A stretch of 64,000 bases of DNA from Dehalococcoidia bacterium (GTDB taxonomy: Bacteria > Chloroflexota > Dehalococcoidia > Lucifugimonadales > G963668185): the NCBI GenBank assembly GCA_965116985.1, contig OZ220745.1:2691092-2755091 (forward strand). The letters are read 5' to 3'. Each line of letters opens with the position of its first letter. Within the stretch, counting starts at the first letter, position 1. Below are positions 47,162 to 56,078 of this stretch, one piece after another. The translations under genes were made by a program, and so were the position numbers. The notes beneath the pieces are model-generated. The model was not told where the DNA came from, did no database searches, and was given only the letters and a program-made list of their open reading frames with translations.

Positions 47162-48787
47162 CTACAGGCCGGTGATGTTGCCGAGGGCGTCCACGTCCAG
47201 CTTGCGGGGCCTGCTTGGGAGGCCGGGCATGGTGACGATGTCTCCCGCGATGGGGTATATGAATCCTGCGCCGACGGAGGCGCGGACGTCGTTGATCTCG
47301 AATGTGTAGTCGGACGGGCAGCCGAGCAGGCGGCGGTTGTGCGAGATGGACAGGTGCGTCTTGGCCATGCAGACCGGCAGGTCGCCCCAGCCCAGCCGCT
47401 CGTAGCGGCGCAGCTGCCGTCTCGCGGCGGGCGCCCAGCTTACGTCGTTCGCGTTGTACACGGTCTGCGCGAGCTTCAGCGCCTTGTCTTCGACGGTGTC
47501 TTCGACGAGGTATGGATACGTCACCTCGGCGGGAGGCCCGTCCTCTGCGGCGTCGACAACAGCCTCCGCCAGGTCGACGGCGCCGTCGCCGCCGAGCGCG
47601 AAGTGGTTGGCGAGCGGCGCAGAGTGCGCTCCGGCCGCCTCGGACCTGCGCTGCGCGAGGGCGACCTCGTTGGGCCTGTCCGTGGGGAACGAGTTCAGGG
47701 CCACGACGACGGTGAGGCCGTAAGACTTGATCATCCGGATCAGGTGCTCGAGGTTCGAGAGACCGGCCTCCACGGCCTCCTCGTTAGGCTCGTCAAGCTC
47801 CCTGCGCGGCACGCCGCCATGGGACTTGAGCGCCCTGACGGTGGCGACAATGACGACGGCGCTGGGCTCGAGGCCGTTGAAGCGCGCCTTGATGTCCATG
47901 AACTTTTCGAAGCCGAGATCGGCGCCGAAGCCTGCCTCAGTGACGACGTAGTCGACGTAGCCGAGCATCATCCTGTCGCCGACCACGGAGCTGCAGCCGT
48001 GGGCGATGTTGCCGAACGGCCCGGTGTGCACTGTGGCGGCCTGACCCTCGCCGGTCTGGACGAGGTTCGGCTGGATCGCGTAGCGCAGCAGCGACATCAT
48101 CGAGCCGACGGCGTCGACGTCGTCCGCGGTTACGGGCTGGCCGTCGCTGGTGAAGGCGACGACGGTGCGGGCGAGCCTCTCGCGGAGATCGTCGAGGTCT
48201 CGGGCCAGGGCCAGGATGGCCATGACCTCGGAGGCGGTGACGATGTCGAATCCCGCCGACCTCAGCGGGGCGTTGGCGGTACCGCCGAGTCCGGAGATGA
48301 TCTGGCGGAGGCCGCGGTCCTCGATGTCCATCACCCTTCGCCATGTGATGCCGTCCGGCGTCAGGCCGTCGATGTTGCCCAGCCTCGCCTCGTTTTCGGT
48401 GAAAGCGCCGAGCAGGTTGTGGGCGGACGCCACGGCGTGTGCATCGCCCGTGAAGTGGACGTTGATCTCGTCAAGCGGCTCGATCACGGCCTTGCCGCCG
48501 CCGGTGCCCCCTCCCTTGATGCCGAAGATGGGGCCGAGGGAGGGCTCGCGCAGGTTGACGCAAACGCTCTTGCCAAGCTTGCCCAGGCCATCGGTCAGGC
48601 CAACAGCGGTCGTGGTCTTGCCTTCTCCGGCCTGCGTGGGCGTGATGCCGGTCACCAGGATCATCTTGCCCTTTGGGCCGTCTTCGCGAACGAAGTCCAG
48701 GGGCAGCTTGGCCTTGTAATGGCCCTGCGGGATGATGGCCTTGGTGTCCAACCCTACCTTTTCGGCTATTTCTGCGATTGGCCTCAT
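47162..48787 (-). CDS. fhs: formate--tetrahydrofolate ligase
   Basis: ILVTGITPTQAGEGKTTTAVGL, ...AATVHTGPFGNIAHG.... GGAGGA precedes ATG 48787. Confidence 0.93.
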   Translation of the reverse strand: MRPIAEIAEKVGLDTKAIIPQGHYKAKLPLDFVREDGPKGKMILVTGITPTQAGEGKTTTAVGLTDGLGKLGKSVCVNLREPSLGPIFGIKGGGTGGGKAVIEPLDEINVHFTGDAHAVASAHNLLGAFTENEARLGNIDGLTPDGITWRRVMDIEDRGLRQIISGLGGTANAPLRSAGFDIVTASEVMAILALARDLDDLRERLARTVVAFTSDGQPVTADDVDAVGSMMSLLRYAIQPNLVQTGEGQAATVHTGPFGNIAHGCSSVVGDRMMLGYVDYVVTEAGFGADLGFEKFMDIKARFNGLEPSAVVIVATVRALKSHGGVPRRELDEPNEEAVEAGLSNLEHLIRMIKSYGLTVVVALNSFPTDRPNEVALAQRRSEAAGAHSAPLANHFALGGDGAVDLAEAVVDAAEDGPPAEVTYPYLVEDTVEDKALKLAQTVYNANDVSWAPAARRQLRRYERLGWGDLPVCMAKTHLSISHNRRLLGCPSDYTFEINDVRASVGAGFIYPIAGDIVTMPGLPSRPRKLDVDALGNITGL

Positions 48788-49134
48788 GCCTATTCCTCCA
48801 TGGTCGGGAACCGTACACCCGAAGGGCATCTCACGATCTCCCGGCAATTCCGGCGTCGCGAGTGACGGGACGACGGGCGGGATTTTATCACGTACCGCAG
48901 CATAGGACGGGTCTGGAGCGGAGCGGCGGCCTGCCGCCGCCATCAGGGCGGTGTTGCCGATGTAGAATGGCCGCGGCGCTACTGGCCGGTGAACGCCGTC
49001 ACGAGTACGTAAGCGATGAGCGGCGCCAGCAACAGCCAGAGCAGCTTCCGAGGCGTGATCTTGAAGAGTTCTTTCATGTTTGGATGGCGGTTGCCAATCT
49101 TAGCAGTATCGTTCGATGGGCCAGCGTGTTGCCG

Positions 49135-49944
49135 ATGCCTTACCGGCTGATCGCGCTCGACATAGATGGGACTATCCGAACTCACGGGAGCCCAGTTTCA
49201 AACAGGGCCAGGGAGGCGATCGATCGAGTCAAGGAGGCCGGTGCGGTCGTCACACTGGCGACCGGCAGGGCGTTCGAGTCGGCGCTAAGGTCCGCGATCG
49301 AGCTCGGCATCACCAGTCCGCTGACTTCGTTTCAGGGCGCGCAGGTCTCCGACCCCATGACGCGGCGAGTGCTGTGGCGCCGCCCGCTGACCGCGGCGAT
49401 GGCGCGCCGGGCGCTGGACGCGCTCGAAGGCTGGCCGGTGGAGGTGATGGCGTACCACGAGGACGATGTCTACGTGAGCCGCATGACCAGGTTTGCGGAC
49501 GGCTACCGCGACCGGAACGGTATCAACGTGGAGCTGGTGGACGACCTGCGAGAGGTCGAGGAGTGGGGACTTACAAGACTGCTGGCGGTTGCGGAAGAAG
49601 AGAAGGTTGCCGAGCTGAACTCCCATCTGCGGCGGACGCAGGCCGGGGAGCTTTACGTCACCCGGTCGCTGCCACACTTCTGCGAGATACTTAGCCCGGC
49701 CGGCGGCAAGGAGAAAGCGCTGTCCTGGATCTGCCACTGCCTGGGGATCGAGCGCTCGGAGGTGCTTGCGTTCGGGAACGGCTACAACGATGTGCCGATG
49801 CTGGAGTGGGCTGGGCTGGGCGTGGCGGTCGCCGACGGCGTGGACGAGGCGAAGGACGCCGCGGACCTGCTGGCGCCAGGTATCGCGGAGGACGGTGTGG
49901 CGCATGTGCTGGACTCGATGCTGGAGGCAGGCGAGATTGGGTAG
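49135..49944 (+). CDS. Cof-type HAD-IIB family hydrolase
   Basis: YRLIALDIDGTI (DxDGT), ...FGNGYNDVPMLEWAG. Confidence 0.8.
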   Translation: MPYRLIALDIDGTIRTHGSPVSNRAREAIDRVKEAGAVVTLATGRAFESALRSAIELGITSPLTSFQGAQVSDPMTRRVLWRRPLTAAMARRALDALEGWPVEVMAYHEDDVYVSRMTRFADGYRDRNGINVELVDDLREVEEWGLTRLLAVAEEEKVAELNSHLRRTQAGELYVTRSLPHFCEILSPAGGKEKALSWICHCLGIERSEVLAFGNGYNDVPMLEWAGLGVAVADGVDEAKDAADLLAPGIAEDGVAHVLDSMLEAGEIG

Positions 49945-49965
49945 CGGCGAGACGGCGGCGCGGGC

Positions 49966-50949
49966 TTGGCGCGGAGGAAGCTCGTGCGAGCTGCCGGTGA
50001 AGAAGGGGCGCGATTGAGTCCCAGTTCCGACAGGCCGGCTGTGGTCGTTCTTGGCAGCATCAACATGGACCTCGTCGTGCAGACGGAGCGCGTGCCGGAA
50101 GCAGGGGAGACAATCAAGGGCGGCGAGCTTCGGACGGCATCAGGCGGCAAGGGCGCGAACCAGGCGGTCGCGGTGGCGCGGCTCGGGGCCGGGGTGCGGA
50201 TGGTCGGCCGCGTCGGGAGCGACGAGTTTGGCGAGTCGCTGATCGCGGGGCTGGCGTCGCACGGCGTTGACGTCGAAAGCGTGTCCGTTGACGCCGGCCA
50301 TGCTTCCGGTGTGGCGGTCATACTGCTCGACGCCGCGAAGGAGAACCGGATCGTCGTCGTGTCAGGCGCGAACATGGCGTGCGGGCCCGGGGAGTCCGAG
50401 GCCGCCGGCCGCGCCCTGGGAGGAGCTCAGGCGCTGTTGCTGCAGCACGAGATTCCGATGAGCGTGAGCCTCGATGCGGCGAAGAAGGCTTCCGGGGCGG
50501 GGGTCAAGGTCGTCTGGAACCCCGCGCCGTTCGAGCAGATTCCTGGCGACGCTTACCCGCTCATCGATGTCATCACGCCGAACCGCAACGAGGCTGCAGC
50601 TCTAACCGGACTCGACGTTACCGATGCTTCGTCGGCGGACGAGGCGGCGGAGCGGCTGGTCGAGCGCGGCGTGGGCGCGGCGGTCGTGACGCTGGGCGAG
50701 CTTGGCGCCGTGTACGCGACGCAGGGCGAGACCGGGTTCGTGGTCGCGCCGAGCGTCGAGCCGGTGGACACGGTGGGCGCGGGCGACGCCTTCAACGGAG
50801 CGCTGGCCGTGACGCTTGCGGAGGGCCGGCCGCTGCTGGACGCTGTGCGCCACGGCGTGATGGCAGGCACAGCCGCGGTCACGAGGCCGGGAGCGCAGGA
50901 CGGGATGCCGGACCGGGCGGCGGTCGAGGCGATGCTGCGAAGGTTGTAG
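49966..50949 (+). CDS. rbsK: ribokinase
   Basis: VVVLGSINMDLV..., GGKGANQAVA, DTVGAGDAFNGALA. Start is uncertain (TTG 49966, GTG 49984 or TTG 50014). Confidence 0.85.
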   Translation: MARRKLVRAAGEEGARLSPSSDRPAVVVLGSINMDLVVQTERVPEAGETIKGGELRTASGGKGANQAVAVARLGAGVRMVGRVGSDEFGESLIAGLASHGVDVESVSVDAGHASGVAVILLDAAKENRIVVVSGANMACGPGESEAAGRALGGAQALLLQHEIPMSVSLDAAKKASGAGVKVVWNPAPFEQIPGDAYPLIDVITPNRNEAAALTGLDVTDASSADEAAERLVERGVGAAVVTLGELGAVYATQGETGFVVAPSVEPVDTVGAGDAFNGALAVTLAEGRPLLDAVRHGVMAGTAAVTRPGAQDGMPDRAAVEAMLRRL

Positions 50950-51041
50950 GGGCTCAGGTGCTGCGGAGTTGGGTCGGCACTGGGCGGTGGTAAGATACGG
51001 ATTGTAGTTGACTACTGCGAAATACGAAGGGGAGCCAGGCG

Positions 51042-51287
51042 ATGATCGCGAAAATACCTCTGGTCCTAGAGCCTCAACCCGAAGGTGGATATACAGTCAC
51101 TTCTCCCCTGTTGCCAGAACTGATTACCGAGGGAGACAGCATCTCCGAGATACTTGCCAATGTGGAGGACGCCTTCGCCGCCGTTGTGGAAATCTACCAA
51201 GATAGAGGCCGCCCGCTGCCTTCTGATCTCTATGTGGACGACACGGATGGACCGGTGACCATTGAAACCCTTGTCTCTGTCGCTTGA
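51042..51287 (+). CDS. hicB: type II antitoxin HicB family (UPF0150 domain only)
   Basis: IPLVLEPQPEGGYTVTSPLLPELITEGDSISEILANVEDA. Confidence 0.8.
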   Translation: MIAKIPLVLEPQPEGGYTVTSPLLPELITEGDSISEILANVEDAFAAVVEIYQDRGRPLPSDLYVDDTDGPVTIETLVSVA

Positions 51288-51496
51288 GATACAGAGATGC
51301 GGCGCGCAAGCTGGAGAGACTTGGCTGTTACGAGGTTCCCCGTCGTGGTGGAGGCTCACACAGGAAGTGGTTAAATCCGAGCGTGGGCAAGGATGGAGTG
51401 CTGCCGGACTGGGGCAGCCGCGATCTGAAGATCGGTACGCTACGCTCGGCAATCAGGCAACTAGGTATTGACTGGAACGAGTTTCGAGAGGCGTAG
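51284..51496 (+). CDS. hicA: type II toxin HicA family mRNA interferase
   Basis: RDAARKLERLGCYEVPRRGGGSHRKW. TTG start overlaps the hicB stop (TTGA). Confidence 0.8.
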   Translation: MRYRDAARKLERLGCYEVPRRGGGSHRKWLNPSVGKDGVLPDWGSRDLKIGTLRSAIRQLGIDWNEFREA

Positions 51497-51523
51497 GCCT
51501 TCGTCCGTCCAGGTGATGGGGCC

Positions 51524-52291
51524 CTACGAAGGCTCCTGGCCGGACTCGATGGCCTGGATGCGGTCTTCAAGTTGGCCCAGGCTTGCGTACTCCTGCTGGA
51601 TCAGCATGAAGCACCTCTTGAGGTAGAGGTCGGCGAGGACCGGGCCGCTGGAGTCCGACTTCTTGGCGGCCAGGACCAGGTCTTCGATGCGGTGGTTGTC
51701 GGGGAGGTGCCTGGCCATGATGCCGATGTCCTGCTCGGCTTCCTGAAGGACGTTATCGTCCGAGACGTCCACGGCGAACCTCAGCCGTCCCACCAGCTTG
51801 GTGAGCTCGTTTAGCTTGTCGGAATCGCTCATCAGGCCGTACATGACGTCGGTCACGCCCAGGCCTTCCGATTCCGTACCGGCCGCCTCGATCGGCTTCG
51901 GCTGCGAGCCCTCGACGTGCTGCGTATAGAGATCGGCGTAGCTCTGGACGGCTGTGGTGACGGCCATCATCGCGGAGCCGACGTCCGACGCGTCGATCAC
52001 GCCGCCGTATAGCAGGTCGTCGCCCCGCGTGTCAGCCAGCCACTCGATCTCCTCCTTGCCCGACATCTTTTCGGGAGCAGGGGGAAAGGCGAAGCACGAC
52101 AGGTCCTTGGGGCCGATGTCCCCGACCTGGTTCATCAGGAACGGCGGCACGTACTTGGTGACGTCCACGGAGACCGGGAGGATCACAACGTAGGTTGCCC
52201 ATACTTCACTGGCATCGGACGAGGACGCGAAGTAGAGCAGCGCGTGGCCCTTCGGCTGCGAGTCGCTGCCCTTTTCGAATGTGCTAGCCAT
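51524..52291 (-). CDS. hypothetical protein
   Basis: 255-aa ORF with ATG start and coding-like composition. No family recognised. Confidence 0.6.
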   Translation of the reverse strand: MASTFEKGSDSQPKGHALLYFASSSDASEVWATYVVILPVSVDVTKYVPPFLMNQVGDIGPKDLSCFAFPPAPEKMSGKEEIEWLADTRGDDLLYGGVIDASDVGSAMMAVTTAVQSYADLYTQHVEGSQPKPIEAAGTESEGLGVTDVMYGLMSDSDKLNELTKLVGRLRFAVDVSDDNVLQEAEQDIGIMARHLPDNHRIEDLVLAAKKSDSSGPVLADLYLKRCFMLIQQEYASLGQLEDRIQAIESGQEPS

Positions 52292-52406
52292 CTCGGTGTC
52301 CTGCGTAATCGTCTATCATGCCAGTGAAGATGGAGGCCGCCTGTTGTGACCATTATATCGCGCGCGGACGCTGATCCGGGGCTGCCGCTCTGACGGGAAC
52401 TCCAAC

Positions 52407-53498
52407 CTGTTACTGCTGAACACAGACGCGTACGCTCGCCTGCTCAGGCCTGTTCTGTTCAGGCTCCCGCCCGAAACGGCGCAGAAGTTCGCGGACTCCG
52501 CTCTCAATCTCGACTTCCTATGGAGGGCTGCGTCTGCCATCGCCGAGCCCGTGGATGGCCGGATTGCCACGAGGCTCGGTCCGATCGTTCTTCGCAGCCC
52601 CATCGGGCTTGCCGCGGGGTACGACAAGGACTGCGAGTACCTGAAGGCTCTGTCGACGCTGGGATTCGGGTACGTGGTTGGCGGGACGGTCACGATCGAC
52701 GCGCGGCCGGGTAATCCGAAGCCGCGCGTGCGCCGGATCGTCTCCGGGGAGGCGCTCGTGAATGCGCTGGGCTTCCCCGGCCGGGGGCTCGAGCGGGCCG
52801 AGGCCAGGCTCAGGGCCGCCGCTGAGTCCGGGCTGGGCGCGCCGGCGATCGTCAGCGTTTCGGGCACAGAGATAGCGGATGTGGCGGCCTGCCACGCGCG
52901 TCTGGAACCATACGCGGCCGCGATCGAGGTGAACATCAGCTCCCCCAACACGCGGGGGCTGCGGGTGTTCCAGGAGCGGCCCGCGCTGGACGTCCTGCTG
53001 GCGGAGATCAACGAAGCCAGGCAGAAGCCGCTGTTCGTCAAGCTGCCTCCCTACGCCGCGTCGCCGGCTGCGGGCGTCCCCGAGTCGCCGCTGCTCGACC
53101 GGGCCGCGGGAGAGGAGGCGAGGGAGAACTTCCACTCGCTCCTCGACGCATGCATCGAGGCCGGCGTGGACGGAGTCACGGTCGCCAACACGCGGCCGGT
53201 GCCGGACGCCGGCCTTGCTATGGGCGCGGGCGGGCTGAGCGGCAGGCCGCTGTTCGCGGACACGCTGCGAATGGTGCGCGATGCGAGGGGCCACGCGGGC
53301 AGCAGCCTCGCGGTCAATGCGTGCGGCGGAGCATCGACCGGCGACGACGTCTGGGAACTCCTGGCCGCCGGCGCCGACTCCGTCCAGATTCTGACGGCGA
53401 TGGTCTACCGGGGGCCAGGAGCCGCGCGGGCAATCGGCAGGGAGCTGGCCGGCCGAATGCTGCGCGAAGGCGCTACTGAGCTGCCAGCGCACCCCTGA
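52407..53498 (+). CDS. pyrD: dihydroorotate dehydrogenase (quinone), class 2
   Basis: GLAAGYDKD, NISSPNT, GGLSGRP. The N-terminal YARLLRPVLFRLPPETAQKF matches the class-2 N-terminus but lies upstream of the first canonical start (GTG 52551). Start tentatively set at CTG 52407. Confidence 0.8.
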   Translation: MLLLNTDAYARLLRPVLFRLPPETAQKFADSALNLDFLWRAASAIAEPVDGRIATRLGPIVLRSPIGLAAGYDKDCEYLKALSTLGFGYVVGGTVTIDARPGNPKPRVRRIVSGEALVNALGFPGRGLERAEARLRAAAESGLGAPAIVSVSGTEIADVAACHARLEPYAAAIEVNISSPNTRGLRVFQERPALDVLLAEINEARQKPLFVKLPPYAASPAAGVPESPLLDRAAGEEARENFHSLLDACIEAGVDGVTVANTRPVPDAGLAMGAGGLSGRPLFADTLRMVRDARGHAGSSLAVNACGGASTGDDVWELLAAGADSVQILTAMVYRGPGAARAIGRELAGRMLREGATELPAHP

Positions 53499-54459
53499 GA
53501 TGCTTCATCGAGATGTTGCCGCCGCTGAGGACGATGGCGACCTTGAGACCTTCAAGCTCGTCCTTGCGCTTCAGCGCCCCTGCCAGCGCGGACGCGCCGG
53601 CGTGCTCGGCGAGATCGCGAGTCAGCTCCAGGTGAAGGAGCACCGCCTCGTCAAGCTCGGCCTCTGAAACCAGGACGAAGTCGTCAAGCATGTCGCGCAT
53701 GATGCCCACCGTGAACTCGAATCCGAGGGAGGTTGCCAGTCCCTCCGCGCGGGTGTTCATCGGGTAGCTCTCCATGAAGCCGGACTTCCAGGACAGGTAC
53801 GCGGCCTGCGCAGCCTCCGCCTGGACGCCGACGACGCGCACGCCGGGGTTTACGCCCTTGGCGGCGACGCAGGTGCCGCAGGCCCCGCTGCCGCCTCCGA
53901 TGCCGACGAAGATCACGTCCACGTCCGGCACGTCTTCCATGATCTCAAGACCGTAAGTGCCGACGCCTTCGATGAGCGCGGGCTCGTTGGCCGAGTGGAT
54001 GTACCGCATCCCCTCCTCACGGGAAAGCTGCTCGACGTGCTCCCTGGCGTCGTCGAAGCTGTCGCCGTGAAAGATCACGTTGGCCCCCAGGTCCTGCATG
54101 GACTGGACCTTGCCGGGATTGGCGTCTTCCGGCACGACGATCGTGGCGGCGGCGCCGAACTGCCGGGCCGCGAAGGCGATCGACTGTCCGTGGTTGCCGG
54201 TGGACGCGGAGATGACGCCCATGGCGCGCTCCTCCGGCGTCATCTGCGAGACCAGGTTCAGGCCGCCCCTCACCTTGAAGGCGCCCAGGATCTGGTAGTT
54301 CTCATGCTTGACGTAGACCTCGGCTGCGCCGAGGAGCCGTTCGAGAGAGTGGTACCGATGCAGCGGAGTCCTAATAATGTAAGGAGAAATCCGTTTTCTG
54401 GCGTTAAGAACGTCTTGCAATACTGGCCTTTTCAGGTGCAACTGAACTTCTCCTTTCAA
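53473..54459 (-). CDS. PLP-dependent threonine/serine dehydratase
   Basis: ENYQILGAFKVRGG (PLP Lys), SASTGNHGQ, GIGGGSG. TTG 54441 (8 nt after GGAG) is a likelier start than TTG 54459. The 3' end overlaps the pyrD 3' end by 26 nt. Confidence 0.85.
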   Translation of the reverse strand: MKGEVQLHLKRPVLQDVLNARKRISPYIIRTPLHRYHSLERLLGAAEVYVKHENYQILGAFKVRGGLNLVSQMTPEERAMGVISASTGNHGQSIAFAARQFGAAATIVVPEDANPGKVQSMQDLGANVIFHGDSFDDAREHVEQLSREEGMRYIHSANEPALIEGVGTYGLEIMEDVPDVDVIFVGIGGGSGACGTCVAAKGVNPGVRVVGVQAEAAQAAYLSWKSGFMESYPMNTRAEGLATSLGFEFTVGIMRDMLDDFVLVSEAELDEAVLLHLELTRDLAEHAGASALAGALKRKDELEGLKVAIVLSGGNISMKHLRGALAAQ

Positions 54460-54535
54460 GGATTTGGGAGCTCAAGCGAGGTCCCTCAAGTAAGTTGCGG
54501 ACGCCAATCGCGCCCGCACGAAATCCAGCATAACA

Positions 54536-54551
54536 TGTGATATGAATCACA
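54536..54551. promoter_or_regulatory. perfect CRP/FNR-family consensus half-sites
   Basis: TGTGA-tatgaa-TCACA in an AT-rich patch, about 80-95 nt upstream of the dehydratase start. Confidence 0.4.
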
Positions 54552-54698
54552 AACATCGTTTAGGTCGAACGGAACATCAATGCCCCGAGACTCCTAACGG
54601 CGGCAGCCGTTCAAATATTGGGCGGATGGATTCAAGCTGTTGAGCGCGGCTGCTTACCCCTGTAAGCATCGAGGCAGGGGATTGAGAGCCTGCCCTGA

Positions 54699-54909
54699 TC
54701 CCGTCCTGAGCCTGACGAAGGGGCCCGTGCCCCAACCCGTTCGCCCTGAGCCCGTCGAAGGGCCTTCCGCCGAGCAGCGTCCGCTAGAAGTCCGCCCGCC
54801 ACCAATCCCCGCCCTCCAATGACCACGCGTAGGGGCCGTTCGCGAACGGCCCGCCCCGGGACGCCACGCCGGCGAAGTAGAAGCGACCCACACCGCAACC
54901 CCGTCAACG
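54699..54909. repeat. mosaic repeat array (modules A and B) on the 3' side of paralog 2
   Basis: Module A at 54737-54764, module B at 54829-54852. Collinear with the A-linker-B composite seen at 15420-15540. Confidence 0.85.
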
Positions 54910-54928
54910 AATTAGATGACACTTACAA
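54905..54928. repeat. left arm of the inverted repeat bracketing the paralog-2 block
   Basis: CAACGAATTAGATGACACTTACAA. Positions 54910-54928 are the perfect reverse complement of 56628-56646, and the match is 23/24 when extended. It sits in the loop of the hairpin AACCCCGTCA...TGACGGGGTT. Confidence 0.85.
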
Positions 54929-55009
54929 ATGACGGGGTTGTGTTGTGGGCGGGCTCTCTTGCCGGTGCGGCGTGTGTTCGAATGTCACGCTGCGGCAGGG
55001 ACGTGGGGA

Positions 55010-56041
55010 TCAAGGGGGAGCGTCGGCGTTCCCTGGAGGAACTCCTTCGACAAGCCCAGGACGGGGTTGGGACGGGCTCCCGTCGTCATCGGCAGGTTCT
55101 TCCCCGGGGTCCGAGTCCTTTTTGGTATTTTGGGCGAGGAAGGCGGAGGGTGTCCGGCATGAGTCACGGATGCGCCTGATCGCGTCCATGACTTCGCCTG
55201 CTGCGATGGACAGTTCTACCGCTGTGCGGGCGTGTTCCTTGAAGTAGTGCTCCGTTCCGTTGTGCACGATGATGCTGCTCGTCTCGTCGGGGTTGAATGC
55301 TCCGGGCTTCTCGGGCGGCGGTAGCCTGCCTACGGCGTCCATCAGGGCGTCCGACGCCTTGAAGACTGCCCGGGTGTTCAGACCGTCGTCCCGGCTGTGG
55401 CCGTATGTGTTGACGTACGGGGGCTCGTAGTCGAGGAGCACGTCGGCTTCGGTGGGGGAGTCGTCGGAGGACGTCTGTTGCGGTCCGACAGGTTCCTTCG
55501 ACAGGCTCAGGACAGGCTCGTTCGACGGGCTCAGGACAGGCTCGTTCGACGGGCTCAGGACAGGCTCGTTCGACGGGATCTGAGAAGGCTGGGGAAAGAG
55601 TGGCAGGTCGGCGGGGGCTTCATCGAAGCCGCGGCGGAGCAGTTCCTTGGCGGCGTCTATGCGATGGTGCGGCCCGAACCCGGGCATGAATCCGAGCATG
55701 ACGTCGACGAGGAAGCGTACGGCCCGTCGGCCTCCGTCGGTCTCGGCGCGTATGAAGAGCGCGAGGTCGGGGTTGAGGTTGGCGGTGTCGATGGTGTCGG
55801 CCTCGGGCTTCGGGTGCTCTGCGCGCTTTAGTGATGTCGCGGGTATGCTGGCGAACTCTTTCGCTTCGTCGAAGCCGAGCTTGATTAGCTGGCGTGCGGC
55901 GTCGAGCCTGTGATGAGGCTTGGCATCGCGTATCTCGTCCTGCATTGCGGCGACGAGGAATCGCACGATGAGTCTGCCGTCCCTGGTCTCTTCGCGGACG
56001 ATGCTCTGTATTGGTGATAAGGCCTGCGTTTCGCTGGACAT
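55010..56041 (-). CDS. hypothetical protein, paralog 2 of 16091-17074
   Basis: 343 aa with the same domain order. It differs by one extra 24-nt unit in the internal repeat and by a 24-nt module-like net insertion near the C-terminus (55043-66). Confidence 0.7.
   Translation of the reverse strand: MSSETQALSPIQSIVREETRDGRLIVRFLVAAMQDEIRDAKPHHRLDAARQLIKLGFDEAKEFASIPATSLKRAEHPKPEADTIDTANLNPDLALFIRAETDGGRRAVRFLVDVMLGFMPGFGPHHRIDAAKELLRRGFDEAPADLPLFPQPSQIPSNEPVLSPSNEPVLSPSNEPVLSLSKEPVGPQQTSSDDSPTEADVLLDYEPPYVNTYGHSRDDGLNTRAVFKASDALMDAVGRLPPPEKPGAFNPDETSSIIVHNGTEHYFKEHARTAVELSIAAGEVMDAIRRIRDSCRTPSAFLAQNTKKDSDPGEEPADDDGSPSQPRPGLVEGVPPGNADAPP
55483..55578 (-). repeat. in-frame 24-nt tandem repeat (4 units) inside paralog 2
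   Basis: Units at 55483-55506, 55507-55530, 55531-55554 and 55555-55578. Encodes SNEPVLSP x3 plus SNEPVLSLSKEPV. Confidence 0.85.
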
Positions 56042-56048
56042 GGGTTCT

Positions 56049-56078
56049 AGCTTAAGGCATTGAGAACTAGTGTGTCAA
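56049..56078 (-). promoter_or_regulatory. candidate leaderless-mRNA promoter of paralog 2
   Basis: Minus strand: TTGACA (56078-56073), 18-nt spacer, TAAGCT (56054-56049), then 7 nt to ATG 56041. Confidence 0.45.

Noticed and set aside
45754-48865. 448-aa and 568-aa plus-strand ORFs over the gcvT-family gene and fhs
   Set aside because: They are antisense shadows of two strongly conserved minus-strand genes.
46939-49000. Glycine, THF or ZTP riboswitch upstream of the gcvT-family gene or fhs
   Set aside because: I read both leaders on the minus strand and saw none of the conserved cores of these classes. Only generic hairpins and a decayed repeat module are present.
52316-53492. Minus-strand ORFs (241 and 324 aa) opposite pyrD
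   Set aside because: They are antisense shadows of pyrD.
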